From assembly GCA_963665295.1 (NCBI GenBank), contig OY762209.1, positions 1,504,001-1,568,000 on the forward strand: DNA of 64,000 nt, in the 5' to 3' direction. The translations under genes were made by a program, and so were the position numbers. Positions 19,998-29,374 of the stretch are shown piece by piece. The notes beneath the pieces were generated by a model that ran no database searches, had not been told where the DNA came from, and saw nothing but the letters and a program-made list of their open reading frames with translations. Source of the stretch: Syntrophorhabdaceae bacterium. GTDB lineage: Bacteria; Desulfobacterota; Syntrophorhabdia; Syntrophorhabdales; Syntrophorhabdaceae. Every line of letters begins with the position of its first letter. The first letter of the stretch is position 1.

Positions 19998-20864
19998 ATG
20001 TACGATACCATCCGATTGCTGAGGGTGCCCCATTATGTGAAGAACCTGTTTATCTTCATGCCCCTGTTCTTCGCGGCAAGGATCACCGAAGTCCCCACCC
20101 TGTTCAGGGCATTTCTTGCCTTCATTGCCTTCTCGGCCGTGGCGAGCGCGGTCTATATCTTTAACGATTTAAGGGATATCGCCGAAGACCGCCTGCACCC
20201 CACGAAGAAAGACCGGCCCCTCGCGTCGGGTGCCGTGGCAACCCACTTCGCCCTGGCTGTGATGGCGGCGCTGATCCTTATCGGATTGACCGCCTCATGG
20301 TTCATCCATCCGGGACTCTTTCAGATCGTTCTCTTCTATGCGGCGCTGAACGGTTTTTATGCCATCAAACTGAAACATGTGCCCATTATAGACATCTTCA
20401 TCGTGGCCCTGGGCTTCGTGATACGGGTTTTTGTGGGCGGCGTGGTTACCGATACAAGAGTATCCATGTGGATAGTCGTGATGACCTTCCTGTTGGCCCT
20501 GTTTATCGCCTTGGGCAAACGGCGGGACGACATCCTGATTCTCCTGAGAGAGGATAAGCGGACAAGAAAGGCCCTCGACGGCTACAACCTTCAATTTATC
20601 GATTCGGCCATGATAATAATGGCAGCGGTAACGATAGTGGCCTATATCATGTTTACCACGTCGACGGATGTGCTCATGAAATTCCATTCCGACAAGCTTT
20701 ATGTGACCACCCTCTTTGTGGTGCTGGGAATCATGCGCTACATGCAGATCATCTTCGTCGAAGAAAACGCCTCGTCGCCCACGACCATCCTCATCAGAGA
20801 CCGGTTCATCCAACTATCCATAGTCGGGTGGCTTTGCCTCTTCGGATTCATAATCTACCGATGA
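19998..20864 (+). CDS. UbiA-family polyprenyl-phosphate 5-phosphoribosyltransferase (DPPR synthase-like)
   Basis: LRVPHYVKNLFIF, SAVYIFNDLRDIAEDRLHPTKKDRPLASG, LKHVPIIDIF, ALGKRRDD. Confidence 0.88.
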   Translation: MYDTIRLLRVPHYVKNLFIFMPLFFAARITEVPTLFRAFLAFIAFSAVASAVYIFNDLRDIAEDRLHPTKKDRPLASGAVATHFALAVMAALILIGLTASWFIHPGLFQIVLFYAALNGFYAIKLKHVPIIDIFIVALGFVIRVFVGGVVTDTRVSMWIVVMTFLLALFIALGKRRDDILILLREDKRTRKALDGYNLQFIDSAMIIMAAVTIVAYIMFTTSTDVLMKFHSDKLYVTTLFVVLGIMRYMQIIFVEENASSPTTILIRDRFIQLSIVGWLCLFGFIIYR

Positions 20865-21262
20865 ACCTGGCCCTCAAGTATACCCTTTTTGCTGCCTTAT
20901 CCACTGTCGCCAATATTGGAGCCCAGTATTTCTGTCTCTATTTGTACCGCAGGAAGTTCTCCCTCTACATCGCCATGTTCGCGGGCACGGCGATAGGGCT
21001 GGTATTGAAGTACCTTCTTGACAAGAAATATATCTTTTACTATGAAGTGGTGAACAAACGCGAGGACCTGGGGAAATTTGTCCTTTATTCCATGATGGGC
21101 GTGTTGACCACCTTTATCTTCTGGTGTTTCGAGATCACCTTCCATGCTCTGTTCAACTTCCCGTCAGCGAAATTCATCGGGGCTGTCGTGGGTCTCTCCA
21201 TCGGATATATTTCCAAATACAACCTCGATAAGCGGTTCGTTTTCGTCAAAACGAGACAGTGA
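20861..21262 (+). CDS. GtrA-family small flippase
   Basis: Four TMs with two internal KY.LDK..(I/V)F motifs; ATGA overlap with the upstream prenyltransferase. Confidence 0.85.
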   Translation: MNLALKYTLFAALSTVANIGAQYFCLYLYRRKFSLYIAMFAGTAIGLVLKYLLDKKYIFYYEVVNKREDLGKFVLYSMMGVLTTFIFWCFEITFHALFNFPSAKFIGAVVGLSIGYISKYNLDKRFVFVKTRQ

Positions 21263-23667
21263 AATGGGCGGCTCTGAGAAAGGAGATTAGTGTGAAACTG
21301 CGCGAATGGTGTATGGTTTTCATTACAGCCCTCGCAATGGTGTTCCCTTCATGCGGCGACGCGACCCAGGGGACGGCCCAACCCTCCGAGCCCATTACCG
21401 TGGTCCATATCGGTCCCGTGGCGCCGGACATCATAGGGGTGACCATCAAGGCGGGCCGTGTCGAACACGGGCAACAGGTCCCCTATCAGAAGGAAAAAAC
21501 CGATGTGGTTCAGAAAGACAACCTGGACATCGCGTGGGTCCTGAGAGGGGGTAAACGTATCGGGGCCCTGGTGGGGGACGGTTCCCTCATCTATACGGCG
21601 GACCGGTTGGTAGGGGAGAAACTCGATACGGATTTGGCGGACAGACCGGAGACGTACACCCTCAAGTCGGCTGAAGACCCCGGGATGGTGAACGGCGCTT
21701 CCCCCAAAGCGGTATTCAGAAAGAGCAAACCCACGGACCTGGCGCGGGGCGCAGGTTTTGAGGCGTCCCTGCAACATATCGTCTACCTCAAGCTTGCCGC
21801 GCCCCTCAAAGCGGGAAAGAAATACACCCTGGCCTTCAAGTCCATCGGAATTCCTGAACAGAGTTTCACCTACGATCCAACGGCCATGAGGAGCGAGGCG
21901 GTCCACGTGAGCCACATCGGATTCAGGCCGGACGACCCGTCCAAGGTCGCATTCCTCTCCCTCTGGATGGGCAGCGGCAATGGCGTCGATTTTCAGAATA
22001 ACAAGAAGTTCCTTCTCCTGGAGGATAAGAGCGGAACGAAGGTCTTCGAAGGGGATGTAAGACTGTCGAAGCGGGCCTCGGACGTCAACGAGGACGCCTA
22101 CAACCGGAATTTCAATGGAGTCGATGTATACATGATGGACTTCAGCGCCTTTCGCACGCCGGGGACCTATCGTGTCTGTGCGGAAGGAGTAGGCTGCTCC
22201 TATGCCTTTGAGATCGCCGAAGATGTGTGGAGGAAGGCGTTCTACGTCTCTGTCCGGGGGCTCTACCACCAGCGAAGCGGTATCGAGATCGGACCTCCCT
22301 TCACCACCTTCAAGCGGCCGCGGAACTTTTATCCTGGCGACGGGGTGAAGGTATACGCGTCGAAAACGACCCTCATGGAGACCTCGAACGGTCTCAGCAA
22401 ATCTCCGGAACACGGCGGGGCCATGCTGATGGCTAAAAGGACCCGGGAGATCGTGCCCGACGCATGGGGCGGGTACTGCGATGCGGGCGATTGGGACCGC
22501 CGTATCCAGCACCTTGACGCGGCGAGGCTGCTATTGGACCTCATGTATGAGTTTCCTTCATATTTCGACAAGATGAGCCTCAACATACCGAAGTCCTATG
22601 CCATCGCCGCGGACGTGGCGAACGAAGCATTGTGGGGTGTCGATTTTTACAAGCGCCTTCAGATGCCCGATGGTGGAGTGAGAGGCGGCATAGAGACCGA
22701 GGATCACCCGAGGTATGGTGAAACGAGCTGGCAGCAATCACACACGGTAATGGCATACGCCCCCGATGTCTGGAGCACCAGCCTCTATGCGGGAGTGGCC
22801 GCCAAAGCGGCATTCGTGATGAGTAAGGTTGACAAAAAGATGTCGGCCCAATATGAAGAAAGCGCGGTCCGGGCAATGAGGTGGGCTGAAAAAGAGTTCA
22901 AGAGCCACCCGTCTTCTTTCTATCCGCAGGAAGCGAGAGATGCGCGAAACCTTGCCGCAGCGGAGTTGTTCCGGGCGACAGGGGCAAAGGAATGGCATGA
23001 CCTGTTTCTCGCCACCACCCAGCTAAAGAACCCCGACGCACCCCTGCGCCGGCATGAGAGCTATGACCACAGCGAGGGCGCATGGGTCTATTACAGAACG
23101 GAAAGACCGGGAATGGATATGTCGGTGAAACGGAATTGCAGGAATGGTCTGGTCACGGACGCGGAGGAACGCATCATGGCGCAGAAGAAGACGGGTTTCC
23201 GTATCGCCAAGAGCCAATGGAGACCGGCATTCGGAGGGGTCTTTTCCACTCCGGACTGCATACCGGTCATCAGGGCCCACTCCATTACGGGGGATCAGCG
23301 GTACCTTCAGGCCGCGGTGCTTTCGGCACAGACGGGCGCAGGCGCGAACCCGCTCAATGTGTCGTACACCACGGGAGTGGGGCACGTCTACCCCCAAAAT
23401 GTCTTTCACTATGATTCGAGGATTACGGGGCAGCCCTGTCCTCCCGGCATCACCGTGGAGGGGCCTTTGGACCCTGAATTTGTCGGCGGATGGAAGTCGC
23501 CTCTTCACGAGGCCGTGGGGCGCTTCTGCTATCCCAATGCCAGGGAATGGCCCATAATCGAGGACTACTGGGATGTATTCTGGTACGCCATGATGGACGA
23601 ATTCACCATCTTTCAGACTATAGGGCCCAACGCCTATGTGTGGGGATACCTGGCCGCGAGGAAATAG
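21259..23667 (+). CDS. Glycoside hydrolase family 9 with N-terminal Ig-like (CelD_N) domain; possible lipoprotein
   Basis: GFRPDDPSKVA, DFSAFRTPGTYRV..EGVGCS, LYHQRSG, GGYCDAGD catalytic Asp motif, GANP...SYTTG, C-terminal EFTI; signal ending FPSC; start could be 21292 or 21313. Confidence 0.85.
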   Translation: MKWAALRKEISVKLREWCMVFITALAMVFPSCGDATQGTAQPSEPITVVHIGPVAPDIIGVTIKAGRVEHGQQVPYQKEKTDVVQKDNLDIAWVLRGGKRIGALVGDGSLIYTADRLVGEKLDTDLADRPETYTLKSAEDPGMVNGASPKAVFRKSKPTDLARGAGFEASLQHIVYLKLAAPLKAGKKYTLAFKSIGIPEQSFTYDPTAMRSEAVHVSHIGFRPDDPSKVAFLSLWMGSGNGVDFQNNKKFLLLEDKSGTKVFEGDVRLSKRASDVNEDAYNRNFNGVDVYMMDFSAFRTPGTYRVCAEGVGCSYAFEIAEDVWRKAFYVSVRGLYHQRSGIEIGPPFTTFKRPRNFYPGDGVKVYASKTTLMETSNGLSKSPEHGGAMLMAKRTREIVPDAWGGYCDAGDWDRRIQHLDAARLLLDLMYEFPSYFDKMSLNIPKSYAIAADVANEALWGVDFYKRLQMPDGGVRGGIETEDHPRYGETSWQQSHTVMAYAPDVWSTSLYAGVAAKAAFVMSKVDKKMSAQYEESAVRAMRWAEKEFKSHPSSFYPQEARDARNLAAAELFRATGAKEWHDLFLATTQLKNPDAPLRRHESYDHSEGAWVYYRTERPGMDMSVKRNCRNGLVTDAEERIMAQKKTGFRIAKSQWRPAFGGVFSTPDCIPVIRAHSITGDQRYLQAAVLSAQTGAGANPLNVSYTTGVGHVYPQNVFHYDSRITGQPCPPGITVEGPLDPEFVGGWKSPLHEAVGRFCYPNAREWPIIEDYWDVFWYAMMDEFTIFQTIGPNAYVWGYLAARK

Positions 23668-23679
23668 CTGTCGGGGCGA

Positions 23680-24666
23680 TCACCCCGCCTCCTTCCGGGA
23701 CCGGACCAGCCCGCTGAAGAGGAGGGAGAGGAGCCTGGCATGGGGGAACACATAGAAGACGAGGAGAAGGGGTCCGAAGGAACCTGCGAGAAACGTGCAG
23801 GGAACGATCAGGTATCCTGCCGCTCCGAGGCGGTGGAGCAGGAAATACGTGGGAAAAATGAAGAAGTACTGGAGTAGGTAAATCGAGAAGGAATACTTCC
23901 CGAGGGTCTCGAGCGTACGGACGGGGAAGTATCTCATATAAGAGAAGCAGATCGAGATTACGAAGGCTATTCCCGGGAGGGCGGTAAAGAAACCCAGGAA
24001 TTGGATGCCCGTCTTTTTGCGGACCAGATAAGCGATAAGGAAAATGAGGAAGGCGACGAGGGAGACTTCCTTTCTTTTCATGAAGGAGAGGAACCTGTCC
24101 TGTACGGTGAAAGCCTTGAGCCCGAGGTAATAGTACATTGAATAGTAGAGGACGAGGCCGATACCGAAAGCCTCTATATCCGGTCGGAAAAACTGAAATA
24201 CGAGGAGAAGGCCGAAAAGCGGATAGGGGTTGACCTTCGACAGAAGGGGGCTTATCGCCTGGATCATGATGATCGTATAAAGGAACCAGAGGAAAAGGGC
24301 GGGGTTTCTTGAAGGGTAGACCAGTATATCAAAGGGAAGTTCCCCCGGAACTACAGGCCTCAACGCGAACTGGGGGACGAAATACTTGATGAGCCCATAG
24401 GCTGCGCTCACCGTAAGATAGGGGATTATCAGGTAGACCAGTCTTGAGGGAACAACCGCCACCCACTCCCGGAGAGATCCGATCCGGGCAAGTTTCGAAG
24501 AGAAGAACCCGGAAAGGAAGAAGAACAAAGGCATATGGAACGCATAAATGAGACTGAAAAGGTGTGGGAAGACGGTCCCCACCGGCTCGCTGTGACCGAT
24601 GGTCACGAGAAGTATGCCGATGCCCCGGGCTACCTGCATTTCCTGTATATATCTATTCTCCGCCAT
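23680..24666 (-). CDS. Acyltransferase family 3 (OafA-like) membrane protein
   Basis: ARGIGILLVTIGH, YAFHMPLFFFLSGFF, LWFL, LGKYSFSIYL. Confidence 0.88.
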   Translation of the reverse strand: MAENRYIQEMQVARGIGILLVTIGHSEPVGTVFPHLFSLIYAFHMPLFFFLSGFFSSKLARIGSLREWVAVVPSRLVYLIIPYLTVSAAYGLIKYFVPQFALRPVVPGELPFDILVYPSRNPALFLWFLYTIIMIQAISPLLSKVNPYPLFGLLLVFQFFRPDIEAFGIGLVLYYSMYYYLGLKAFTVQDRFLSFMKRKEVSLVAFLIFLIAYLVRKKTGIQFLGFFTALPGIAFVISICFSYMRYFPVRTLETLGKYSFSIYLLQYFFIFPTYFLLHRLGAAGYLIVPCTFLAGSFGPLLLVFYVFPHARLLSLLFSGLVRSRKEAG

Positions 24667-24752
24667 GGTATGTTGTATACTTCATTACAAAGAATTCATA
24701 TTTGTCAAGGCAAACCTGATTTGACTCCCCGGTGGAGGGGGTGTGAGGCGAC

Positions 24753-25496
24753 ATGAATATCGGCAAACTGAAGACGGTATGGGACAGGGTGGGCCGGGAA
24801 GACCCGCTGTGGGCGATCCTGGGCGACCCTCTGAAGAAGGGCGGCAAATGGGACCTCGATGGATTTTTCGAGACGGGTATTGTTGCAGTCGACCGGGTCA
24901 TGGATCATCTCGGATCTCTGGGGGTGAAGACAGGGAACGGGAAGGCCCTCGATTTCGGCTGCGGCGTGGGACGGCTGACCAGGTCTCTGCTGAGGTACTT
25001 CGACCAGGTGTATGGCGTGGATCTCGCTCCCTCCATGATCGACCTCGCGGTGAAGTATAACGGGCACCTGCCGGGGTGCAGGTTTTACGCCAATGCGGAG
25101 GATAATCTCGGGGCCTTCGGGGACGGAACCTTCGATTTCATCTATTCGAGTATTACCCTCCAGCACATCGCTCCCCGCTATGCGGAGAATTATATAAGGG
25201 AATTCCTCAGGCTCCTCGTTCCGGGAGGGGGACTGGTCTTTCAGATACCAAGTGAGCCATCGGGCCCGTTAGAGAAAGTAAAATTATTCCTGAGAGGAGT
25301 GCTGCCCGTGTCCGCGCTCCGCGGGTGCCTTCTGTCCGGGCGCGATGGCGGCGCAGCCATAGAGATGCACGGTATAAAGAGAGACAAAGTGGTAAAGATA
25401 GTCGAAGGCGAAGGAGGAAGGGTCGTTGATATCCAAGAGGACCAAAGCGCCGGAAGCCGATGGATAAGCTTGGTGTACTATGTTGTCAAGGGTTGA
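24753..25496 (+). CDS. Class I SAM-dependent methyltransferase
   Basis: EDPLWAIL, ALDFGCGVGRLT, FDFIYSSITLQH, RLLVPGG. Confidence 0.88.
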   Translation: MNIGKLKTVWDRVGREDPLWAILGDPLKKGGKWDLDGFFETGIVAVDRVMDHLGSLGVKTGNGKALDFGCGVGRLTRSLLRYFDQVYGVDLAPSMIDLAVKYNGHLPGCRFYANAEDNLGAFGDGTFDFIYSSITLQHIAPRYAENYIREFLRLLVPGGGLVFQIPSEPSGPLEKVKLFLRGVLPVSALRGCLLSGRDGGAAIEMHGIKRDKVVKIVEGEGGRVVDIQEDQSAGSRWISLVYYVVKG

Positions 25497-25532
25497 CATA
25501 TTGACCGGACCGCCGGATTAGGAGATTGCACT

Positions 25533-27080
25533 ATGGCAGTATTTGCTTTCATATCACTATATGACCAGTCGGCATACGGGATCAAGATATTGTCTTCCTG
25601 CCTGAAACAGGCGGGGCACAAGAGACATATTATTTTCCTGAAGGCCTACGCTACGGGAAAACCGACGGAAAGAGTGCGGGTGTACGAGGGGGAAACCCCC
25701 TGGCAGGGCGTGGGGCCCCACGGCACCCCCTTTGTCTACGCGGTGAGCAATGACATTACGGACACGGAGAAAAAGATTCTCACAGAAACGTTGAGGACCT
25801 TGAAGCCCGACATGATAGGCCTGACCGTCAACTCGCCCCTCAAACAGAGGGCCATAGCGGTGACGGAACACATCAAGGCGGAACTGCCGGGCGTGCCGGT
25901 TATCTGGGGAGGTTTTGAACCGACCTTGCATCCGGAGGATTCGTTGGGATACTGTGATATTGCGTGCAGAGGGGAAGCGGAGCGAACCGTGGTAGAGTTG
26001 GCGGACGCTATCGACGCGGGACGTGATTACCGGTCCATCGGGAACCTTTGCTTCAAGAACGGCGGGTCCTATATAAAGAACGACCTCTACCCTCCGGCGG
26101 ACGTCCTCGACGCCTTGCCGTTCCAGGATTTCGATCACTCGGGCAATTTTCTCATAGAAGGCGATAAGGTGGTGGAGAGCCCGACTATTCTGTCCCATAT
26201 CGAGGGCTTCTACAACACCATATCGGGCCGCGGCTGCGTGTATCAATGCTCGTACTGCTGCGAGCGGTATCTGAAAGAAATCTATAGCCCGCACCCGTTC
26301 CTGCGAAGGCGCAGCCCGGAAGACGTGATCAGGGAACTGACGGAAGTGAAGGAGAAGAATGACCTGAAATACATCATCTTTCAGGATGAAGTTTTTTCCC
26401 ATCAGATGGAATGGCTCGAGAAGTTCGTGCCCCTGTATAAGGAGAAGATAGGCTTGCCTTTCACATGCTATGTAGTACCCTCCACCGATTTTGATTATAA
26501 GATAAGACTTCTCAAGGACGCGGGGCTGAGCAGCACGTGCCTTGCCATCCAGTCCGGATCCAAAAGGATAAACAGGCTCTACAAGAGGAGCTTCAACGAA
26601 GGGCTGACGCTCAAAGCGGCCGCATCCATAACGTCCCTCGGCCTTTCCTTCTATACCGATGTGATAACCTACAATCCGGCGGAAGACGTGGACGACCTGG
26701 AGGATACGTTGAGCACACTGTTGAAGCTTCCCCAGCCTTACGATATCTGTGTGAACAAACTGTATCTCATGCCGGGGACCGAACTGAGCGAGAAGATAAA
26801 GCGCATACAGTTGGACAAGGCTAAAACCAGGTTATTCGACTACTATTCATCTTTATTCTGGATCGCAAGCTATTTCCGGTGCTCAAGGAAGATTGTCGCC
26901 GGAATGAAATCAATTCCCTTGCTTAGAAAACGCCCTGCCTTGCTCAAGCCCGCCCTGCATGTCCTTTCCGTGGTCAGTTGTATGAGCAAGGTAACAAAGA
27001 AAGTGCACAGGCTCAAAGAGACAGGAAGACTGAACTTCACCTTTATAAACGCTTATGTGAGGGCAAAATTGAAGGTTTGA
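25533..27080 (+). CDS. B12-binding domain radical SAM protein
   Basis: N-terminal cobalamin-binding region (VIWGGFEPT, RGEAE); SGRGCVYQCSYC CxxxCxxC motif; RRSPEDVIRE, FQDEVF, IQSGS. Confidence 0.88.
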   Translation: MAVFAFISLYDQSAYGIKILSSCLKQAGHKRHIIFLKAYATGKPTERVRVYEGETPWQGVGPHGTPFVYAVSNDITDTEKKILTETLRTLKPDMIGLTVNSPLKQRAIAVTEHIKAELPGVPVIWGGFEPTLHPEDSLGYCDIACRGEAERTVVELADAIDAGRDYRSIGNLCFKNGGSYIKNDLYPPADVLDALPFQDFDHSGNFLIEGDKVVESPTILSHIEGFYNTISGRGCVYQCSYCCERYLKEIYSPHPFLRRRSPEDVIRELTEVKEKNDLKYIIFQDEVFSHQMEWLEKFVPLYKEKIGLPFTCYVVPSTDFDYKIRLLKDAGLSSTCLAIQSGSKRINRLYKRSFNEGLTLKAAASITSLGLSFYTDVITYNPAEDVDDLEDTLSTLLKLPQPYDICVNKLYLMPGTELSEKIKRIQLDKAKTRLFDYYSSLFWIASYFRCSRKIVAGMKSIPLLRKRPALLKPALHVLSVVSCMSKVTKKVHRLKETGRLNFTFINAYVRAKLKV

Positions 27081-27157
27081 GAAAACGGCCCGGCTTGGCC
27101 CGGCAACAGACGCTTCCCGGGGTATGTCTCCGGCAGGCAGGAGGTTATACACGTTGT

Positions 27158-28063
27158 ATGGATATTATGGAGACAGATGATCGCAGCGCCGGAGGCGACG
27201 AAGCCCGCATATGGGACAAGGTCTATCGCGACCTGAGGAGTTGCGGTCTCTATGGCACGGACGACATTCAAACCTTCCTTTCCGAATGCGAGGAACGGCA
27301 TCTCATCCCTTTTCACCTCGGAGGCCTTCCCAAGGGCTATGCGGTGGGCTCAGCGCTTCAGCGCTTATCGGGGATGATAGAAGGCAGGGCTTCCGGTGAT
27401 ATGGATGTTACCGTTCTCGATATCGGTTCCGGACTGGGAGACCTCACTGTGTATATGGCGCTCAAATACCCGGATGTAAGGTTTGTCGGTATCGACACCT
27501 CCCGGGAGGCAAAGACGTGGGGGGAGACCCTTGCAGGGAGGTTCGGCGCAGGCAATGCTTCCTTCCTGTGCGAGAACGTCAGGAACACATCCCTCCCGGA
27601 CAAAAGCATAGACTTCCTCATCGGTTTCGGTGCTCTTCATCACTTCATAGGGGAAAAGGGAACAAATCACGAGTTAAAAAGGATTCTCAGGAAGCACGGG
27701 AAAGGCGTCTTTATTGATTCCTTCCATGAGAACTATGCGTACAGGCTCTTTCATAACAAAAGACAGATGAAGGAACTTGGCGATGAGTTGATGACGAGGA
27801 AGAGAATCAGGGGTTTTTGGGGCGAAGAATTCGATACGGAAATAATCCCCACCGACTGGATGGTCATGGTTGACAAGCTGATCCTTTATTTCCGTAAACG
27901 TCTCCTGAAAGAAGAAAGGGTCCTCCGGGCACAAAGGCATCTCTCAAAACTACTGTTCTCTATCGACAGGCGCATAGACCGTTTGCCTAAGCGGATTACG
28001 ATGGGCTTTACAGGGTCTGTTCTTACCCTGGTGAAAAAGAGGGGCCGGGAACCGGCTCCTTAG
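27158..28063 (+). CDS. Class I SAM-dependent methyltransferase
   Basis: VLDIGSGLG, FVGIDTS, GFGALHH, RILRKHGKG; ATG 27158 follows GGAGG. Confidence 0.8.
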   Translation: MDIMETDDRSAGGDEARIWDKVYRDLRSCGLYGTDDIQTFLSECEERHLIPFHLGGLPKGYAVGSALQRLSGMIEGRASGDMDVTVLDIGSGLGDLTVYMALKYPDVRFVGIDTSREAKTWGETLAGRFGAGNASFLCENVRNTSLPDKSIDFLIGFGALHHFIGEKGTNHELKRILRKHGKGVFIDSFHENYAYRLFHNKRQMKELGDELMTRKRIRGFWGEEFDTEIIPTDWMVMVDKLILYFRKRLLKEERVLRAQRHLSKLLFSIDRRIDRLPKRITMGFTGSVLTLVKKRGREPAP

Positions 28064-28114
28064 GGAAAAGTGAGCGGGGAGGAAGAATTTCGCGGTGTTA
28101 CACACAGAAAGTTG

Positions 28115-28143
28115 TTGACATTAAAAGATTCATACAGTAAGTA
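28115..28143 (+). promoter_or_regulatory. Possible internal sigma70 promoter
   Basis: TTGACA (28115-28120), 17 nt spacer, weak -10 TAAGTA in an AT-rich gap. Confidence 0.35.
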
Positions 28144-28212
28144 TTTCCTAGCATGCATATCGATGCGCATCCCGAAATGGTTCCTTATGAAAATTAAGAG
28201 TGAGGTTTATCG

Positions 28213-29325
28213 GTGAAAATTGCAATCCTGGGCACAAGGGGCATTCCTGCATGCTACGGCGGTTTCGAGACCTTTGCGGAAGAGTTGAGTATTCGCCTGG
28301 TTGAGAGGGGTCACGAGGTGACCGTCTACGGCAGGTCGAACATCATACACTACCCGGAGAGGGTCTACAAGGGCGTGCGTCTCGTAATCCTTCCCACCAT
28401 CAGTCACAAGTATTTCGACACGGTGGTCCACACCTTCATTTCTTTTCTCCATGCCCTGTTCAGGGACTACGACGTGATCCTGCTCTGCAATGCGGCAAAC
28501 AGCCTCTTTTCCTTTATCCCCCGCCTCACAGGCAAGAAGGTCATCATCAATGTGGACGGCATAGAGAGGATGAGGGCAAAATGGAATGCCCTGGGCAAAC
28601 TCTGGTACCGGATGGGAGAGATAGGGGCCTGCATTTTCCCGAATGTGGCGGTCTCCGACGCAAGGGTGATAGAGGATTATTACCTGAAGACATATAAGAA
28701 GAAGACGGTGTTCATCCCCTACGGCGCCCAGACCGAGAGGGTGGCGAGCACTGCGGTCCTCGATGCCTTCGGGATCAGACCGGACAACTACTACCTCTAC
28801 GTGAGCAGGCTGGAGCCGGAGAACAACGCCCATCTCGTGATCAAGGCCTTCGAAAAGGTGAAGACCGACATGAACCTGGTCATTGTGGGCGATGCGCCCT
28901 ACAGCAAGGAGTATATCGAGGGGCTGAAGAGTACCGTTGACCCCAGGATCATCTTTACGGGATACGTTTTCGGTGAGGGCTACAAGGAGCTTCAGTCTCA
29001 CGCCTACGTATACATCCATGCCACCTCCGTGGGGGGAACCCATCCCGCGCTCATCGAGTCCATGGGCTTCGGCAATTGCGTGATCGTAAACGGAACGCCG
29101 GAGAACAGGGAAGTGGTGAGGGACGCGGCGATCGTGTTCGACGAGAACAGCGAGGAAAGCCTCCGGGAACGGCTTGAAATGGTGATTTCGGGAAAGATTT
29201 CAGTTGAGGCCTTCAGAGAAAAGGCGCGGCGGATGATCGAGGAGAATTATACCTGGGAAAAGGTCACCCGCTCTTATGAGGACCTTTTCCTGAAATGCCT
29301 TGGAAAGAAGGGGAACCAGGTTTGA
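28213..29325 (+). CDS. Glycosyltransferase family 4 (DUF1972-type)
   Basis: MKIAILGTRGIPACYGGFETFAEEL, NVDGIE, SRLEPENN, VGGTHPALIESM. Confidence 0.9.
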   Translation: MKIAILGTRGIPACYGGFETFAEELSIRLVERGHEVTVYGRSNIIHYPERVYKGVRLVILPTISHKYFDTVVHTFISFLHALFRDYDVILLCNAANSLFSFIPRLTGKKVIINVDGIERMRAKWNALGKLWYRMGEIGACIFPNVAVSDARVIEDYYLKTYKKKTVFIPYGAQTERVASTAVLDAFGIRPDNYYLYVSRLEPENNAHLVIKAFEKVKTDMNLVIVGDAPYSKEYIEGLKSTVDPRIIFTGYVFGEGYKELQSHAYVYIHATSVGGTHPALIESMGFGNCVIVNGTPENREVVRDAAIVFDENSEESLRERLEMVISGKISVEAFREKARRMIEENYTWEKVTRSYEDLFLKCLGKKGNQV

Positions 29326-29374
29326 TTGACGAAAAGCACGCCATGTTTCCTGAAACACCCGGGGTGACCGGGCT

